From: Methanoregula sp.
GTDB taxonomy: Archaea; Halobacteriota; Methanomicrobia; Methanomicrobiales; Methanospirillaceae
NCBI GenBank assembly: GCA_022711635.1
Contig: JAKLEQ010000003.1
Location: 1-54,502, forward strand
DNA: 54,502 bases
Reading direction: 5' to 3'
The position numbers and the translations under genes were made by a program. Of the stretch, positions 19,899-28,863 are shown piece by piece. The notes beneath the pieces are model-generated. The model had not been told where the DNA came from, ran no database searches, and saw only the letters and a program-made list of their open reading frames with translations. Position 1 is the stretch's first letter. The number at the start of each line of letters is the position of its first letter.

Positions 19899-20963
19899 AT
19901 GAAGTTCATGCACCCCCGCCCCAGCTCAATTGTCGCGGCGCTTTATACGGCACGGGACCTCAACGTCGACGTCTCCATTCTGCACGGGCCATCCGGCTGC
20001 TCCTTCAAGCACGCCCGCCTTCTGGAGGAGGACGGGATGAGGGTGCTCACAACGTCGCTTGCGGACAACGAGTTCATCTTCGGGGGCGAGAAACCTCTCG
20101 AAGACGTGCTCCGGTACGCAGAGGAGCATTTCAACCCGGGACGGATGGCGGTTATCGGGACGTGTGTCGCCATGATCATCGGGGAAGACCTCCAGTCTGC
20201 GGTCCGGAATGCAGCGATTACGGCCCCGACAATCGCTGTCGACATCCATGCCGGATATCCGGAGAATATTGCCGGAGTGCTGGCGACGCTGGAGGCGGCA
20301 GCCGCTGCCGGGTGGATCAGCAGCGACGAAATGGCCCGCCAGCGGCGCATGATGGAGGCGGCAAACGAGGTGGAACGTCTCCGTGGCGCAGCATCGCAGG
20401 CATACATCGAACCGGAAAGGGGTGACCTCAAGCATGTTGCCGGCAGGCGCCTGCTCGAACTGGCACGAAGCGGCGAGAGAGGGGTTGCGATCCTGAACGC
20501 GAAAAAGGAGACCGCGTATATGTTTGCCGATGAACTGGTCGCCCTCCATGACGTCTGCCCGGATGCTAACATAACGTATATCGCCAACCTCGAACAGCGC
20601 GGGCTTGCCAAGGTCCGTGAAGATGCAGCACGGATCCTTTCCGGCCTGCAGGAAAGAGGTGTCAGACCTGAGTGTATCGGTGCGCTGGACGAATATGGTG
20701 CCAACGGACCGGCGCTTGGGGATCGGATCCGCGCGATCGCCCCCTCCTTCGCACTGATTGCCGGCGTCCCCCACGCGATCCCACCGGATTTCACGGACGG
20801 AATCGAGTGCTTCTCCATCACCAATGGTCCGCGGCAGGTCGCCCCGCTGAAAGTAATCGGGCACCGGCACGTAATGGTCGAAGTCGACCTGCATCCGAAG
20901 ACGCTGGGGGTCCGCTCGATCGTTGAGAGCGAATTCGGTGCGGTTCTCAGGAGCCTGCGATGA
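19899..20963 (+). CDS. cfbD: nitrogenase NifD/K-like component of Ni-sirohydrochlorin a,c-diamide reductive cyclase CfbD
   Basis: The N-terminus MKFMHPRPSSIVAALYTARDLNVDVSILHGPSGCSFKH is typical of NflD/CfbD. ATG 19899 follows the cfbE stop. The track ORF start at 19674 is an overlap artefact. Confidence 0.75.
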   Translation: MKFMHPRPSSIVAALYTARDLNVDVSILHGPSGCSFKHARLLEEDGMRVLTTSLADNEFIFGGEKPLEDVLRYAEEHFNPGRMAVIGTCVAMIIGEDLQSAVRNAAITAPTIAVDIHAGYPENIAGVLATLEAAAAAGWISSDEMARQRRMMEAANEVERLRGAASQAYIEPERGDLKHVAGRRLLELARSGERGVAILNAKKETAYMFADELVALHDVCPDANITYIANLEQRGLAKVREDAARILSGLQERGVRPECIGALDEYGANGPALGDRIRAIAPSFALIAGVPHAIPPDFTDGIECFSITNGPRQVAPLKVIGHRHVMVEVDLHPKTLGVRSIVESEFGAVLRSLR

Positions 20964-22336
20964 AAGCGGTACTCATCGCCGGTGATCGATCGGGCTCGGG
21001 AAAGACCAGCATCACCCTTGCGCTCTCAGCCCTTCTCGCACAAGAGAAAAATGTCCAGACCTTCAAGGTCGGCATGGACTACATCGATCCTTCCTACCTG
21101 ACCGCCGCCTCGGGACGCCCGTGCCGGAACCTCGACAGTTTTACCATGGATACAGCAACGATAAAAAATATTTTTTCCAACGGGTGCCGCGGTGCCGATC
21201 TCGCCATCGTTGAAGGGGTACGAGGCTTGTATGAGGGCGCCGAAGCCATCGGCGATACCGGCAGCACGGCGTCGATCGCAAAGATTCTCGACCTACCGGT
21301 TGTCCTTGTTGTTTCAGCGCGGAGTATAACGCGGAGCGCAGCGGCGATTGTCCGGGGGTTCCAGACTTTCGATCCGAAAGTCCGCATTGCCGGGGTCATC
21401 CTCAACAACATCAAAGGAGATTCCCACCGGGAAAAAGCTGTTGCTGCAACCGAACACTTCTGCAAAATCCCGGTGATCGGGGCGATCCCCCGTACGGGAG
21501 AGATGGAACTGGCCATGCGCCACCTGGGTCTCGTTCCCTTCCGTGAAGGAGCGCAGAACGAGGAATTCCGTCGCCGGATCGAGATCGTCACGCAGATCAT
21601 CGGAGACCATGTCGATCTCGATCGGTTCCGTTCATCGATGAAGGAGTGCGCGGTAAAGAAAAAAACGCCTGAAATTTTCCGGAGGAATACGCAGGCAGAC
21701 GTGCGGATCGGTCTCGCCCTTGATGAGGCGTTCAATTTTTACTACGCCGATCTCTTCGACCTCATGCCGGCACTGGGCGCCGATGTGGTCCCGTTCAGCC
21801 CGATCCATGACCGGCTTCCGGAAGCAGACGGGTACATTATTGGCGGAGGGTATCCCGAGTTCTTTCTCCCTGGGCTCGAGGCAAATGAGCGCGTGCGTTC
21901 TTCATTGCGTGAAGTGTCCTCAAACGGGACTCCGGTCTATGCAGAATGCGGGGGGCTCATGTACCTGACCGATCGGATCCGGATCGCTAAAGACCGAGAC
22001 GGGAACGCCGTTGAACGCTCTGCAGAGATGTGCGGGATCTTCTCCGGCGAGACGCGGATCCCGGCCCGCCGCGTTGTAAGTTATGTCGAAGGATCGGGAA
22101 GCAGGAAGTCCCCGTTCGGGGCTGGACGGTTCCGGGGCCACGAGTTCCATTATTCCGATGTCGTCCTTGCGAATGACACGGAGTATGCCTACCGGCTTTC
22201 CCGGGGGACCGGGATCCGGGATAACTATGACGGGGCACTCTTCCGGAACACTCTCGGGAGTTACACGCACCTCCACCCGATGGCGAGCCGGGGCATGTTC
22301 GCACGGTTCGTTGATCTCTGCCGGAAAAAAGCATAG
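20960..22336 (+). CDS. cfbB: CobB/CbiA-family a,c-diamide synthase, likely Ni-sirohydrochlorin a,c-diamide synthase CfbB
   Basis: [13 protein letters not shown]-loop and a C-terminal GATase domain ([17 protein letters not shown]). Confidence 0.85.
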   Translation: MKAVLIAGDRSGSGKTSITLALSALLAQEKNVQTFKVGMDYIDPSYLTAASGRPCRNLDSFTMDTATIKNIFSNGCRGADLAIVEGVRGLYEGAEAIGDTGSTASIAKILDLPVVLVVSARSITRSAAAIVRGFQTFDPKVRIAGVILNNIKGDSHREKAVAATEHFCKIPVIGAIPRTGEMELAMRHLGLVPFREGAQNEEFRRRIEIVTQIIGDHVDLDRFRSSMKECAVKKKTPEIFRRNTQADVRIGLALDEAFNFYYADLFDLMPALGADVVPFSPIHDRLPEADGYIIGGGYPEFFLPGLEANERVRSSLREVSSNGTPVYAECGGLMYLTDRIRIAKDRDGNAVERSAEMCGIFSGETRIPARRVVSYVEGSGSRKSPFGAGRFRGHEFHYSDVVLANDTEYAYRLSRGTGIRDNYDGALFRNTLGSYTHLHPMASRGMFARFVDLCRKKA

Positions 22337-22445
22337 CGTTGGGGATCGTCATCATGGATTGTTGCCGTTCGGGATATCCCGTCCATCTCACCTTGTATGC
22401 TGGTGTGTAAAAAAAGTAAAAAACCCCGGGAACGTATATCACCGT

Positions 22446-23435
22446 ATGTTGATCTACATCGACGGGAAGTTCCTGCCGGCCGACCAGGCGAAGATCTCGG
22501 TCTTCGACCATGGGTTCCTGTACGGCGATGGTGTGTTTGAAGGGATACGCGCCTACAACGGCAGGGTTTTCCGGTTAAAAGAGCATATCGACCGGCTCTT
22601 TGACTCGGCAAAGACTATCGACCTGAAACCTCCGCTTTCAAAAGAGGAGATGGCCGAGGTCATCTGCGAAGTCCTGCGCCGGAATGATCTCGACAATGCG
22701 TACATCCGGCCCATCATCAGCCGTGGACATGGAGATCTCGGACTCGATCCCCGCAAGTGCCCCAAGCCAACGGTCGTCGTCATTGCAACGAGCTGGGGAG
22801 CGATGTACGGCGACCTGTACGACAAGGGTCTCAAGGCCATCACGGTTTCGGTCCGCCGGAATCCCGCGGAAGCTCTGCCACCCAATGTCAAGAGCCTGAA
22901 CTACCTTAACAATATCCTCGCCAAGATCGAGGCAAACTACAAGGGCGGAGACGAGGCGATCTTTTTCGATACGAACGGGTATGTCTCGGAAGGGAGCGGC
23001 GATAACCTCTATGTCGTGAAGAACGGTGAAATTCTCACTCCTCTGACCCTTAACAACCTGCGGGGCATAACGCGGATGGTCGTGCTGGAGATCGCAAAGT
23101 CACTCGGGATCCCGGTCCGTGAGACCAACCTCGGGTATTTCGATCTCTACTCTGCAGACGAGGTTATCTGCACGGGGACCGCTGCGGAAGTTGCTCCGAT
23201 AACGTGGATCGACGGCCGTGTGATCGGGAACGGCAGGCCGGGACCGGTAACCCGTCAGCTGATGGCAGCATTCCGCGTCGTGACTGAAAAGGAAGGCTAC
23301 CCCATCCATAGGAAAGTCATAGGTGCAAAGTCTTCGGTTGCCCGGAAAACTGCTGCCAAGATCGCCGCCGCAAAGACTGCGAAGTCTCCTGCGAAGAGAA
23401 ACGTCGCCAGGAAATCCGGAAAAGGCCGGAAATAA
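22446..23435 (+). CDS. ilvE: branched-chain amino acid aminotransferase with an unusual Lys/Ala-rich C-terminal tail
   Basis: [37 protein letters not shown] and [12 protein letters not shown] are class IV aminotransferase motifs. The final ~40 aa are [35 protein letters not shown]. Confidence 0.9.
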   Translation: MLIYIDGKFLPADQAKISVFDHGFLYGDGVFEGIRAYNGRVFRLKEHIDRLFDSAKTIDLKPPLSKEEMAEVICEVLRRNDLDNAYIRPIISRGHGDLGLDPRKCPKPTVVVIATSWGAMYGDLYDKGLKAITVSVRRNPAEALPPNVKSLNYLNNILAKIEANYKGGDEAIFFDTNGYVSEGSGDNLYVVKNGEILTPLTLNNLRGITRMVVLEIAKSLGIPVRETNLGYFDLYSADEVICTGTAAEVAPITWIDGRVIGNGRPGPVTRQLMAAFRVVTEKEGYPIHRKVIGAKSSVARKTAAKIAAAKTAKSPAKRNVARKSGKGRK

Positions 23436-23529
23436 TTTTTCTTCGGTAGAAAAGATCCCAAAAACATTGTCCCGGCGTCCGGTTCCATAACATATTTATC
23501 GGGATGCGTGAAATTAGATAAAGCAACGC

Positions 23530-23604
23530 GCTGCTATAGTGTAGACCGGCCAATCATGCGGGCCTTTCACGCCCGCGACTGGGGTTCAAATCCCCATAGC
23601 AGCA
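23530..23604 (+). tRNA. tRNA-Glu (anticodon UUC); its 3' end is the integration site of the element
   Basis: Acceptor stem GCTGCTA/TAGCAGC, anticodon stem-loop CGGGC-CTTTCAC-GCCCG, T-arm GGGGTTCAAATCCCC. Closely resembles canonical archaeal tRNA-Glu. Confidence 0.92.
23592..23604 (+). repeat. attL core (3' end of tRNA-Glu)
   Basis: CCCCATAGCAGCA, identical to 37625-37637. Confidence 0.8.
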
Positions 23605-23827
23605 TACGGACGATGGGTTGCGTTCTAATTCAAAAATAGAGCCTGTTTTCGATACGATTCTGAAAAATACCGCAGATTGCAATAGTGGCCTTTTTTCCCT
23701 TTCCGGCATCCGAACATACCGACCCCCTCCATAAAGTGCCACAGAATGAAGATATGAGGCGGTTTCCCGGGCGTCCTTTCTGCACCGCACCCGGGGAACG
23801 TGGAGGGTTGGAAAAGAGAGGGCAGGG

Positions 23828-24118
23828 TCAGATCAATTCTGTTTCGAGCTTCCGGATCTCATCCTTCAATTTTTCAAAATCGTTTTGCCGCCTTTGCATC
23901 CACCAGAGTCCGAACCCTGCGATCACAGCCCCTGATACAACCAGGAGAAGTGAGAAGTAGCCGAGGCATCCCCAGGTGAAGATCAATGCCCCAAGGATAA
24001 TTACGAGGGAAGGGCCGGATATACTGTTCCGCCCCCGCTCGTTCTTCTTCGTCTCGATCCTCCGATAAATGGTTGCATTGTGTCGTTCTTTGTCGGTCAG
24101 TCCTGAACCAGATTGCAT
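23828..24118 (-). CDS. small two-TM membrane protein with a C-terminal coiled coil (element cargo, function unknown)
   Basis: Two hydrophobic helices, SLVIILGALIFTWGCLGYF and SLLLVVSGAVIAGFGLWWM, are followed by NDFEKLKDEIRKLETELI. Confidence 0.5.
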   Translation of the reverse strand: MQSGSGLTDKERHNATIYRRIETKKNERGRNSISGPSLVIILGALIFTWGCLGYFSLLLVVSGAVIAGFGLWWMQRRQNDFEKLKDEIRKLETELI

Positions 24119-24321
24119 TTATAATCACTCTCGGTTATCTTCCTGAATCCACTCCGCTGTTCTCTGTAGCCTGGACGATAAGGGTCCTGACTGTTTCACA
24201 AGCCCTCGGAAATCCGTCCGACCCCATCGGGCCCGGCGGGGAACTACCCTGCAGGGACAAAATGTCACAGCAGCTAGGGATAATAAAATGAGAGGGTAGA
24301 GAGAGCTTTCACGCGCTACGC

Positions 24322-24990
24322 TCAGGATGGCTCCTGATCGAGGTCGTACTTCTTCGCGAGCCGGTCCCGGTCACGTTTCGACAGGCCGCAGCGCTCCCCC
24401 AGCATGAAGCCCTCGATGTTCGCCTCGATATTGTCCATCATGTCCTCGTCCCGGTCTTTACCGGTGATCGCATAATATTCGTCGATGAGATCCACCCAGG
24501 CCTGCGGAACCTTGATCTTCAGCACTGCCATACCATCCGGCAGGACCTCATTCTCCCGGGTCTTCCGGATCGCCGAGGCGAACCTGCCGATGACCTCCCT
24601 CTCCTTGAGGGCAGCCGCGACCGCTTCCCGGAGCTGACTGCCGCCATAGAACCCCTCACTCCAGGCCTCGACATCGCAGACCGTCACCTGCGGGAATGCT
24701 TCCTTCACGAGGTCCCGGATCTTTCCCCGGAGATCGTAATACGCATCCATATCGGCGTCAGCCAGGTGCTCGCCGTTCTCGAAGATGATCCTGATCTGCC
24801 CGTTCCACGGCGGGGTCCCGGGTTCCCCCTTATGCCGGGGTTCGTTGTCGATCGAGCCCCCGCTCACTTCGGGGAACCCGCAGATCAGTTTCAGGATCTT
24901 CTCCTGCACCTTATCGTACTTCTCGGGGTGGGCCGCTTTAATCTCTGCCCCGCCCTCGATAATGACATTCACGTCCATGTGTTCAATCAC
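24322..24990 (-). CDS. hypothetical acidic protein (element cargo)
   Basis: A 222-aa ORF with coding-like composition. No recognisable motif. Confidence 0.55.
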   Translation of the reverse strand: MIEHMDVNVIIEGGAEIKAAHPEKYDKVQEKILKLICGFPEVSGGSIDNEPRHKGEPGTPPWNGQIRIIFENGEHLADADMDAYYDLRGKIRDLVKEAFPQVTVCDVEAWSEGFYGGSQLREAVAAALKEREVIGRFASAIRKTRENEVLPDGMAVLKIKVPQAWVDLIDEYYAITGKDRDEDMMDNIEANIEGFMLGERCGLSKRDRDRLAKKYDLDQEPS

Positions 24991-25021
24991 TCCTATCGCG
25001 TCTTCAAGCTCCCCGGGCTAT

Positions 25022-25405
25022 CTACTGCCGGATCATCGCCCTGGTTGCCTCGCGCCGCACGACTTGGAGGAACGCGGACCAGTATACAAGGAGGTCCCCG
25101 CCGCTATCGGTCGTCTGGATCTTCAGGAACCGCCCGGAGATCGACCGGGTTGCATGGCCGACCTTCTGCCGGACCATCGGGCCGCCCGGCTCCTCGTGCC
25201 TGCGGTAGACCGGTACCGGCAGGGTCCACCGGTCCTTTGCGATACAAAGCAGCCCGCCGGCGTCGATGTAGGCCGCGTGATCCTCCCCGAAGGAATGATA
25301 GGAAATCTTCAGGGCGTCGCCATCCATGGTGATGCTTTCGGCCTTCCGGGTTACCGTGCAAGGGATCGCGGTCGATTGCTGCGGGTGGTGGGTTGTTTCG
25401 GTCAT
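25022..25405 (-). CDS. hypothetical protein (element cargo)
   Basis: The ORF lies upstream of and on the same strand as 24322-24990. The start is ATG 25405 or 25426. No recognisable motif. Confidence 0.5.
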   Translation of the reverse strand: MTETTHHPQQSTAIPCTVTRKAESITMDGDALKISYHSFGEDHAAYIDAGGLLCIAKDRWTLPVPVYRRHEEPGGPMVRQKVGHATRSISGRFLKIQTTDSGGDLLVYWSAFLQVVRREATRAMIRQ

Positions 25406-25426
25406 CAATTGTAATCCTGTCGCCAT

Positions 25427-25488
25427 TTGTTGCTACAAATAGCAATAAGCCCCAACGTATATATATTTTGTTGCTACATGTTGTTACA
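25427..25488. promoter_or_regulatory. divergent promoter with direct repeats flanking a TATA-like box
   Basis: TTGTTGCTACA occurs at 25427-25437 and 25468-25478, with a degenerate third copy TGTTGTTACA at 25479-25488. GTATATATATTTT lies between them. Confidence 0.45.
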
Positions 25489-25674
25489 ATGAGCGACACT
25501 TATACGGTCCGTATCGAGAGGAAAGGATTTGAGCAGGGGATAAAGGCCTATGATATGGTTGAAAAGACCGTCTCGAATGGTGGGAATAGTGCCCGCGTGT
25601 TTGTGCCGAAGACGTGGGCGGGAAAAACTGTGAAGGTCCTACTACTTGAACCGCTGGATGAGGAAGAAAGGTAG
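25489..25674 (+). CDS. DUF2080-like small AbrB/SpoVT-fold DNA-binding protein
   Basis: VEKTVSNGGNSARVFVPKTWAGKTVKVLLLEP matches the GNS..V.VPK.W.GK.V.V pattern of the archaeal DUF2080 'transposon-encoded' family. 61 aa. Confidence 0.65.
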   Translation: MSDTYTVRIERKGFEQGIKAYDMVEKTVSNGGNSARVFVPKTWAGKTVKVLLLEPLDEEER

Positions 25675-25675
25675 C

Positions 25676-26092
25676 ATGGCAGACCGGGATAAACTCGATC
25701 GGAATGTGCGGGAGCTGGTATATTTCCTGAATCTACTTCCGGGGATTCGGACGTATGCCTCGTGTGGCGGGCATGGAAAATTAAATGATCGAGTGAATCC
25801 CGTGCCTAAGGGGGAGTTCTACGTCAGCCTTATAGTCCCTGTCGAAGATCCTGATGGCTCTATTGAAAAGAGTCTTTCTGTAATCAGAGATGCCGCGAAG
25901 GTTTTTGAGGGTAAAATCACTTTCGAGAGAGATGCGGAAGAAGAGGGGTTCCCGGTGAAAGATGGTCACTGTTCATGGACGATAAATGGTAAGGGAATCA
26001 GGCCGCTTGATTTTGCCATAGTGCTTTTAAGTGAAGAGGGAGGCCGGCTCGAAAAAGAAGTCGACGCCCTCATTGAGAGGCGGGGCTGGTAG
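25676..26092 (+). CDS. hypothetical protein coupled to the DUF2080-like gene
   Basis: The ATG lies 1 nt after the upstream stop. 138 aa, with a TYASCGGHG motif. No family recognised by eye. Confidence 0.55.
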   Translation: MADRDKLDRNVRELVYFLNLLPGIRTYASCGGHGKLNDRVNPVPKGEFYVSLIVPVEDPDGSIEKSLSVIRDAAKVFEGKITFERDAEEEGFPVKDGHCSWTINGKGIRPLDFAIVLLSEEGGRLEKEVDALIERRGW

Positions 26093-26131
26093 TCCCGATC
26101 TCCCCGGTCCACAGTGCCCCATTTATATCCC

Positions 26132-27859
26132 TTATCCCAACGGGCGTATGAGGTGGTCGGTACGTATTCCTTTCAGTACGAGATCGCTGTCGGTCATCTT
26201 GTCCCGTTGGAGCTCTTTAATATCTCGCATTATCTCGTCGATCCGGTAGTCTTTTGATGCGTTCACGGTGATATGGTATGTATTCGTCTCGGTGACCTGC
26301 GGGGGGGCAGCCGTTGCTTGCGAGAGGAACGGCCTCGGCAGCTCTCCAACAGATGGGGCCGGCATCCCAAAATCCGATCTTACCGTCAGGCCGTAAGGAT
26401 CCTTAATCCCCTGGACTGCTGCAGCGGGAGTCGCTGCGGGGCTACTCAGCTCCTGTAAGGCAACGACAGTGGCGCCAAGGGTGGATGCCTCGATCTCTTC
26501 GGCAGAGATGTCCTGTGCATTCTCCCGCATTGCTCTCCGATAATTCTTAAGGACCGACCGGAACTGGTCGCCACCGAGCCCGACGGCGTCCTGCAGGTCT
26601 TCGATAGCGTCAGTGGTCAGATCGTTCTCATCCTGTTTGAGATCGTTAATGCGCTGGAGAGAGTCTGCGTGTGCATCGGTTGCACGGGTGAGCTCTTTCT
26701 GCAGGTCGACCGCTGTTTCCAGGGGATCGACAATACCGAGCGCGACCTTTTCCGAAGCATCATCCGTGCTATCCACCCACTTCTGCATCTCCGTATCCCA
26801 GATCGCGCCCTCGAAATATCCGGCGGCACGGAGGGCGTCCTGCGTCTGTTCTGACTGGAGCCACGAGACAAGATCCTTTCCGGTCTTCATCGCGCCAGCG
26901 GCATCGCCTGTGATGAATTGAAAGGCAGCCCTCGCTTCCTGTCCGGTGATATGGAACCCCCGGGCGGCTGCCGTCAGGAACCCGTCGAGGTTCTTGAAGA
27001 AAGTATCGATCGGCCCCCCGGTCTGGAGCGCCCCGCTGTTCAGGAGATCATTCCACTCGGCGAACGATCCGGAGAGGTCGGTGCCGACAGTATAATTCAG
27101 GTGCTGGAATGTGCCATCGAGGTCCTTGACGCTCTTCTCGTAATCGCGGAGCTTCTCCTCCTGTTCTGCCGTGAGCGTGTTGGCGGTGTTGTAATAGTTC
27201 TCAATGCCCTCCTTTCCGAGAGCGATGTATCCCGCGACGTTCTGGTATGATCTGCCGATAAGGGCATTGGAGGCTGTCACCCGGTCCCCGGATGAGGAGA
27301 GATTCCTTAGTCCCTGGATCACTTCCGGAAAGACTTCGTTCATCGACCGCATGGTGCCGTCGGAGTTCTTGTAGGAGACGCTCATCTGGTCGAGGATGGC
27401 CCGGGCCTGGTCGCCTGCCTCGCCCTGGTCGTTGAGATTGAGCTGGAGCCGGTTGATCATCGAGGCGAGGTCGCCGATGTTGCTATCGGCGTACCGGGCG
27501 ACGTTGCCCCACCGCTGGAGCTCCTCATTGCTCAGGCCAGTTGTGGTGCCGAGCCGGTCCATGGTGCTGACATACTCGGCGGCCTGGTCCGCGAGTTCCT
27601 TGAACTCTTGAACAGTCGCAGCTGCTGCAAGGCCGACAGCAGCGATAGGGGCAACTGTCGCACCGATCGCGGTACCCCATTTTGCCATCTCGAGAGTGTT
27701 TGCATTCGTTGCATCCCGCCAGTCGGTCAGGTCCCCTATCATCTTTGATGTGGCGTTCCGGGTGCTGCTCTCGATCTTTGAGAGGGCGGTGTCTACTTGC
27801 CCGCTCGCCTCGTCTTTAAGGCTCAGCACTACTGCAAGAGTGCCGATGATATCCGTCAT
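26132..27859 (-). CDS. tail tape measure protein (TP901-type core)
   Basis: 575 aa and helix-rich. A hydrophobic segment GTAIGATVAPIAAVGLAAAATV is followed by TTGLSNEELQRWGNVARYADSNIGDLASMINRL and ILDQMSVSYKNSDGTMRSMNEVFPEVIQGLRNL...ASNALIGRSYQ. This follows the conserved tape-measure core pattern. Confidence 0.65.
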   Translation of the reverse strand: MTDIIGTLAVVLSLKDEASGQVDTALSKIESSTRNATSKMIGDLTDWRDATNANTLEMAKWGTAIGATVAPIAAVGLAAAATVQEFKELADQAAEYVSTMDRLGTTTGLSNEELQRWGNVARYADSNIGDLASMINRLQLNLNDQGEAGDQARAILDQMSVSYKNSDGTMRSMNEVFPEVIQGLRNLSSSGDRVTASNALIGRSYQNVAGYIALGKEGIENYYNTANTLTAEQEEKLRDYEKSVKDLDGTFQHLNYTVGTDLSGSFAEWNDLLNSGALQTGGPIDTFFKNLDGFLTAAARGFHITGQEARAAFQFITGDAAGAMKTGKDLVSWLQSEQTQDALRAAGYFEGAIWDTEMQKWVDSTDDASEKVALGIVDPLETAVDLQKELTRATDAHADSLQRINDLKQDENDLTTDAIEDLQDAVGLGGDQFRSVLKNYRRAMRENAQDISAEEIEASTLGATVVALQELSSPAATPAAAVQGIKDPYGLTVRSDFGMPAPSVGELPRPFLSQATAAPPQVTETNTYHITVNASKDYRIDEIMRDIKELQRDKMTDSDLVLKGIRTDHLIRPLG

Positions 27860-27861
27860 CG

Positions 27862-28248
27862 TTATCCACCTCTCTTTTCCTTCTTCTCTCGTTCAAACCT
27901 CAGTATGACATCAGTCGCGACCGGGTGATCCTGGGTAAATTTCTGCCAGGTATCGTCAAGCTCCTGGCATACCTTGGTTTGTTCATCGACATCCAGCTGC
28001 AGTTTTTCGACGAAAGCTTCGCGGTCTACGATTTTTTGGGGGACTACCGGGGCCGGGGCCTTTTTCCCCCAATCCAGCAGGAATTTCCGGTTTGTGAGGA
28101 TCCCGGAATGCAGTGCCTGCCGTTCCCGGATGATCGATCCTTCGTAGAGTTCCATCCTGGAAAGGATATTCTGCTCCCGGGCTTCGAGCTCAGCCAGCCG
28201 CTTCTTCATCTCGGCAAGCTCGGTCTCTTCGATCTGTACAAGTGCCAT
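27862..28248 (-). CDS. coiled-coil protein immediately upstream of the tape measure gene (possible tail assembly chaperone or scaffold)
   Basis: Begins MALVQIEETELAEMKKRLAELEAREQNIL. It ends 2 nt before the tape measure ATG. A GAAGGTGA RBS-like motif precedes ATG 28248. Confidence 0.5.
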   Translation of the reverse strand: MALVQIEETELAEMKKRLAELEAREQNILSRMELYEGSIIRERQALHSGILTNRKFLLDWGKKAPAPVVPQKIVDREAFVEKLQLDVDEQTKVCQELDDTWQKFTQDHPVATDVILRFEREKKEKRGG

Positions 28249-28261
28249 AAGTGTCACCTTC

Positions 28262-28756
28262 TCAATGCGGGAGATCCTTCGCTGCAACAACGATATGGCC
28301 TGCCTTCAGTTTCCGCACGAGCTCGGCCGCCCCTTCGCGAGTGACCCGGCCCTGAAGATGAAGGGCGCCATACACCGAGGGCCACCGGTCCTGAGGGCAA
28401 TCCGGCCAATGATCCTGCATAAAATTGTACTGGTCGTTTGCGTTCCGGAGGTTGTACTCCTTCCCACCGCTCCGAATGTAAGCAGGACCGTACGTCCTTT
28501 CCTGGTCTCCAAAGTCTTCGATCACCTGGCCGTTCATTACGATCTTCGTAGCCGTGATGGTGTCCGGGTCGGCGATGCGGGCCGGGGGTGCCGGCTTGGC
28601 GCTGTGGATCCGGAACATCTTTTCATCGGTAGTCTCTGCTGCTGCAGCAGGGGATTTTACCCACTTGAGGTTTCGTACATCTTCGCGGACCTTGCGCCCG
28701 AACTGGCGCATCTCTGCAGCCAGGCGATTCATTCTTTCGTCAAGAGTTTCTGTCAT
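28262..28756 (-). CDS. hypothetical protein between terL and the tape-measure module
   Basis: A 164-aa ORF in the same operon orientation. No recognisable motif. Confidence 0.5.
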   Translation of the reverse strand: MTETLDERMNRLAAEMRQFGRKVREDVRNLKWVKSPAAAAETTDEKMFRIHSAKPAPPARIADPDTITATKIVMNGQVIEDFGDQERTYGPAYIRSGGKEYNLRNANDQYNFMQDHWPDCPQDRWPSVYGALHLQGRVTREGAAELVRKLKAGHIVVAAKDLPH

Positions 28757-28863
28757 GGTTTCAATCCTTTACTTTAAGTTAGTGTGAAAAATTTTGAGAG
28801 GAGTCTGAAGGTTCCTGAACAGGGCTCGCCGGTCCTCATCATGCCGGGTCATTGCCCATATGT

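Noticed and set aside
28248-28290. Possible programmed frameshift (gpG/gpGT-type tail chaperone) between the two ORFs upstream of the tape measure gene
   Set aside because: The downstream frame is +1 (not -1) relative to the upstream ORF. No slippery heptamer is visible in GGCCATATCGTTGTTGCAGCGAAGGATCTCCCGCATTGA. The track start at 28290 is only a TTG. An ordinary ATG with an RBS-like GAAGGTGA lies at 28248, after the upstream stop.
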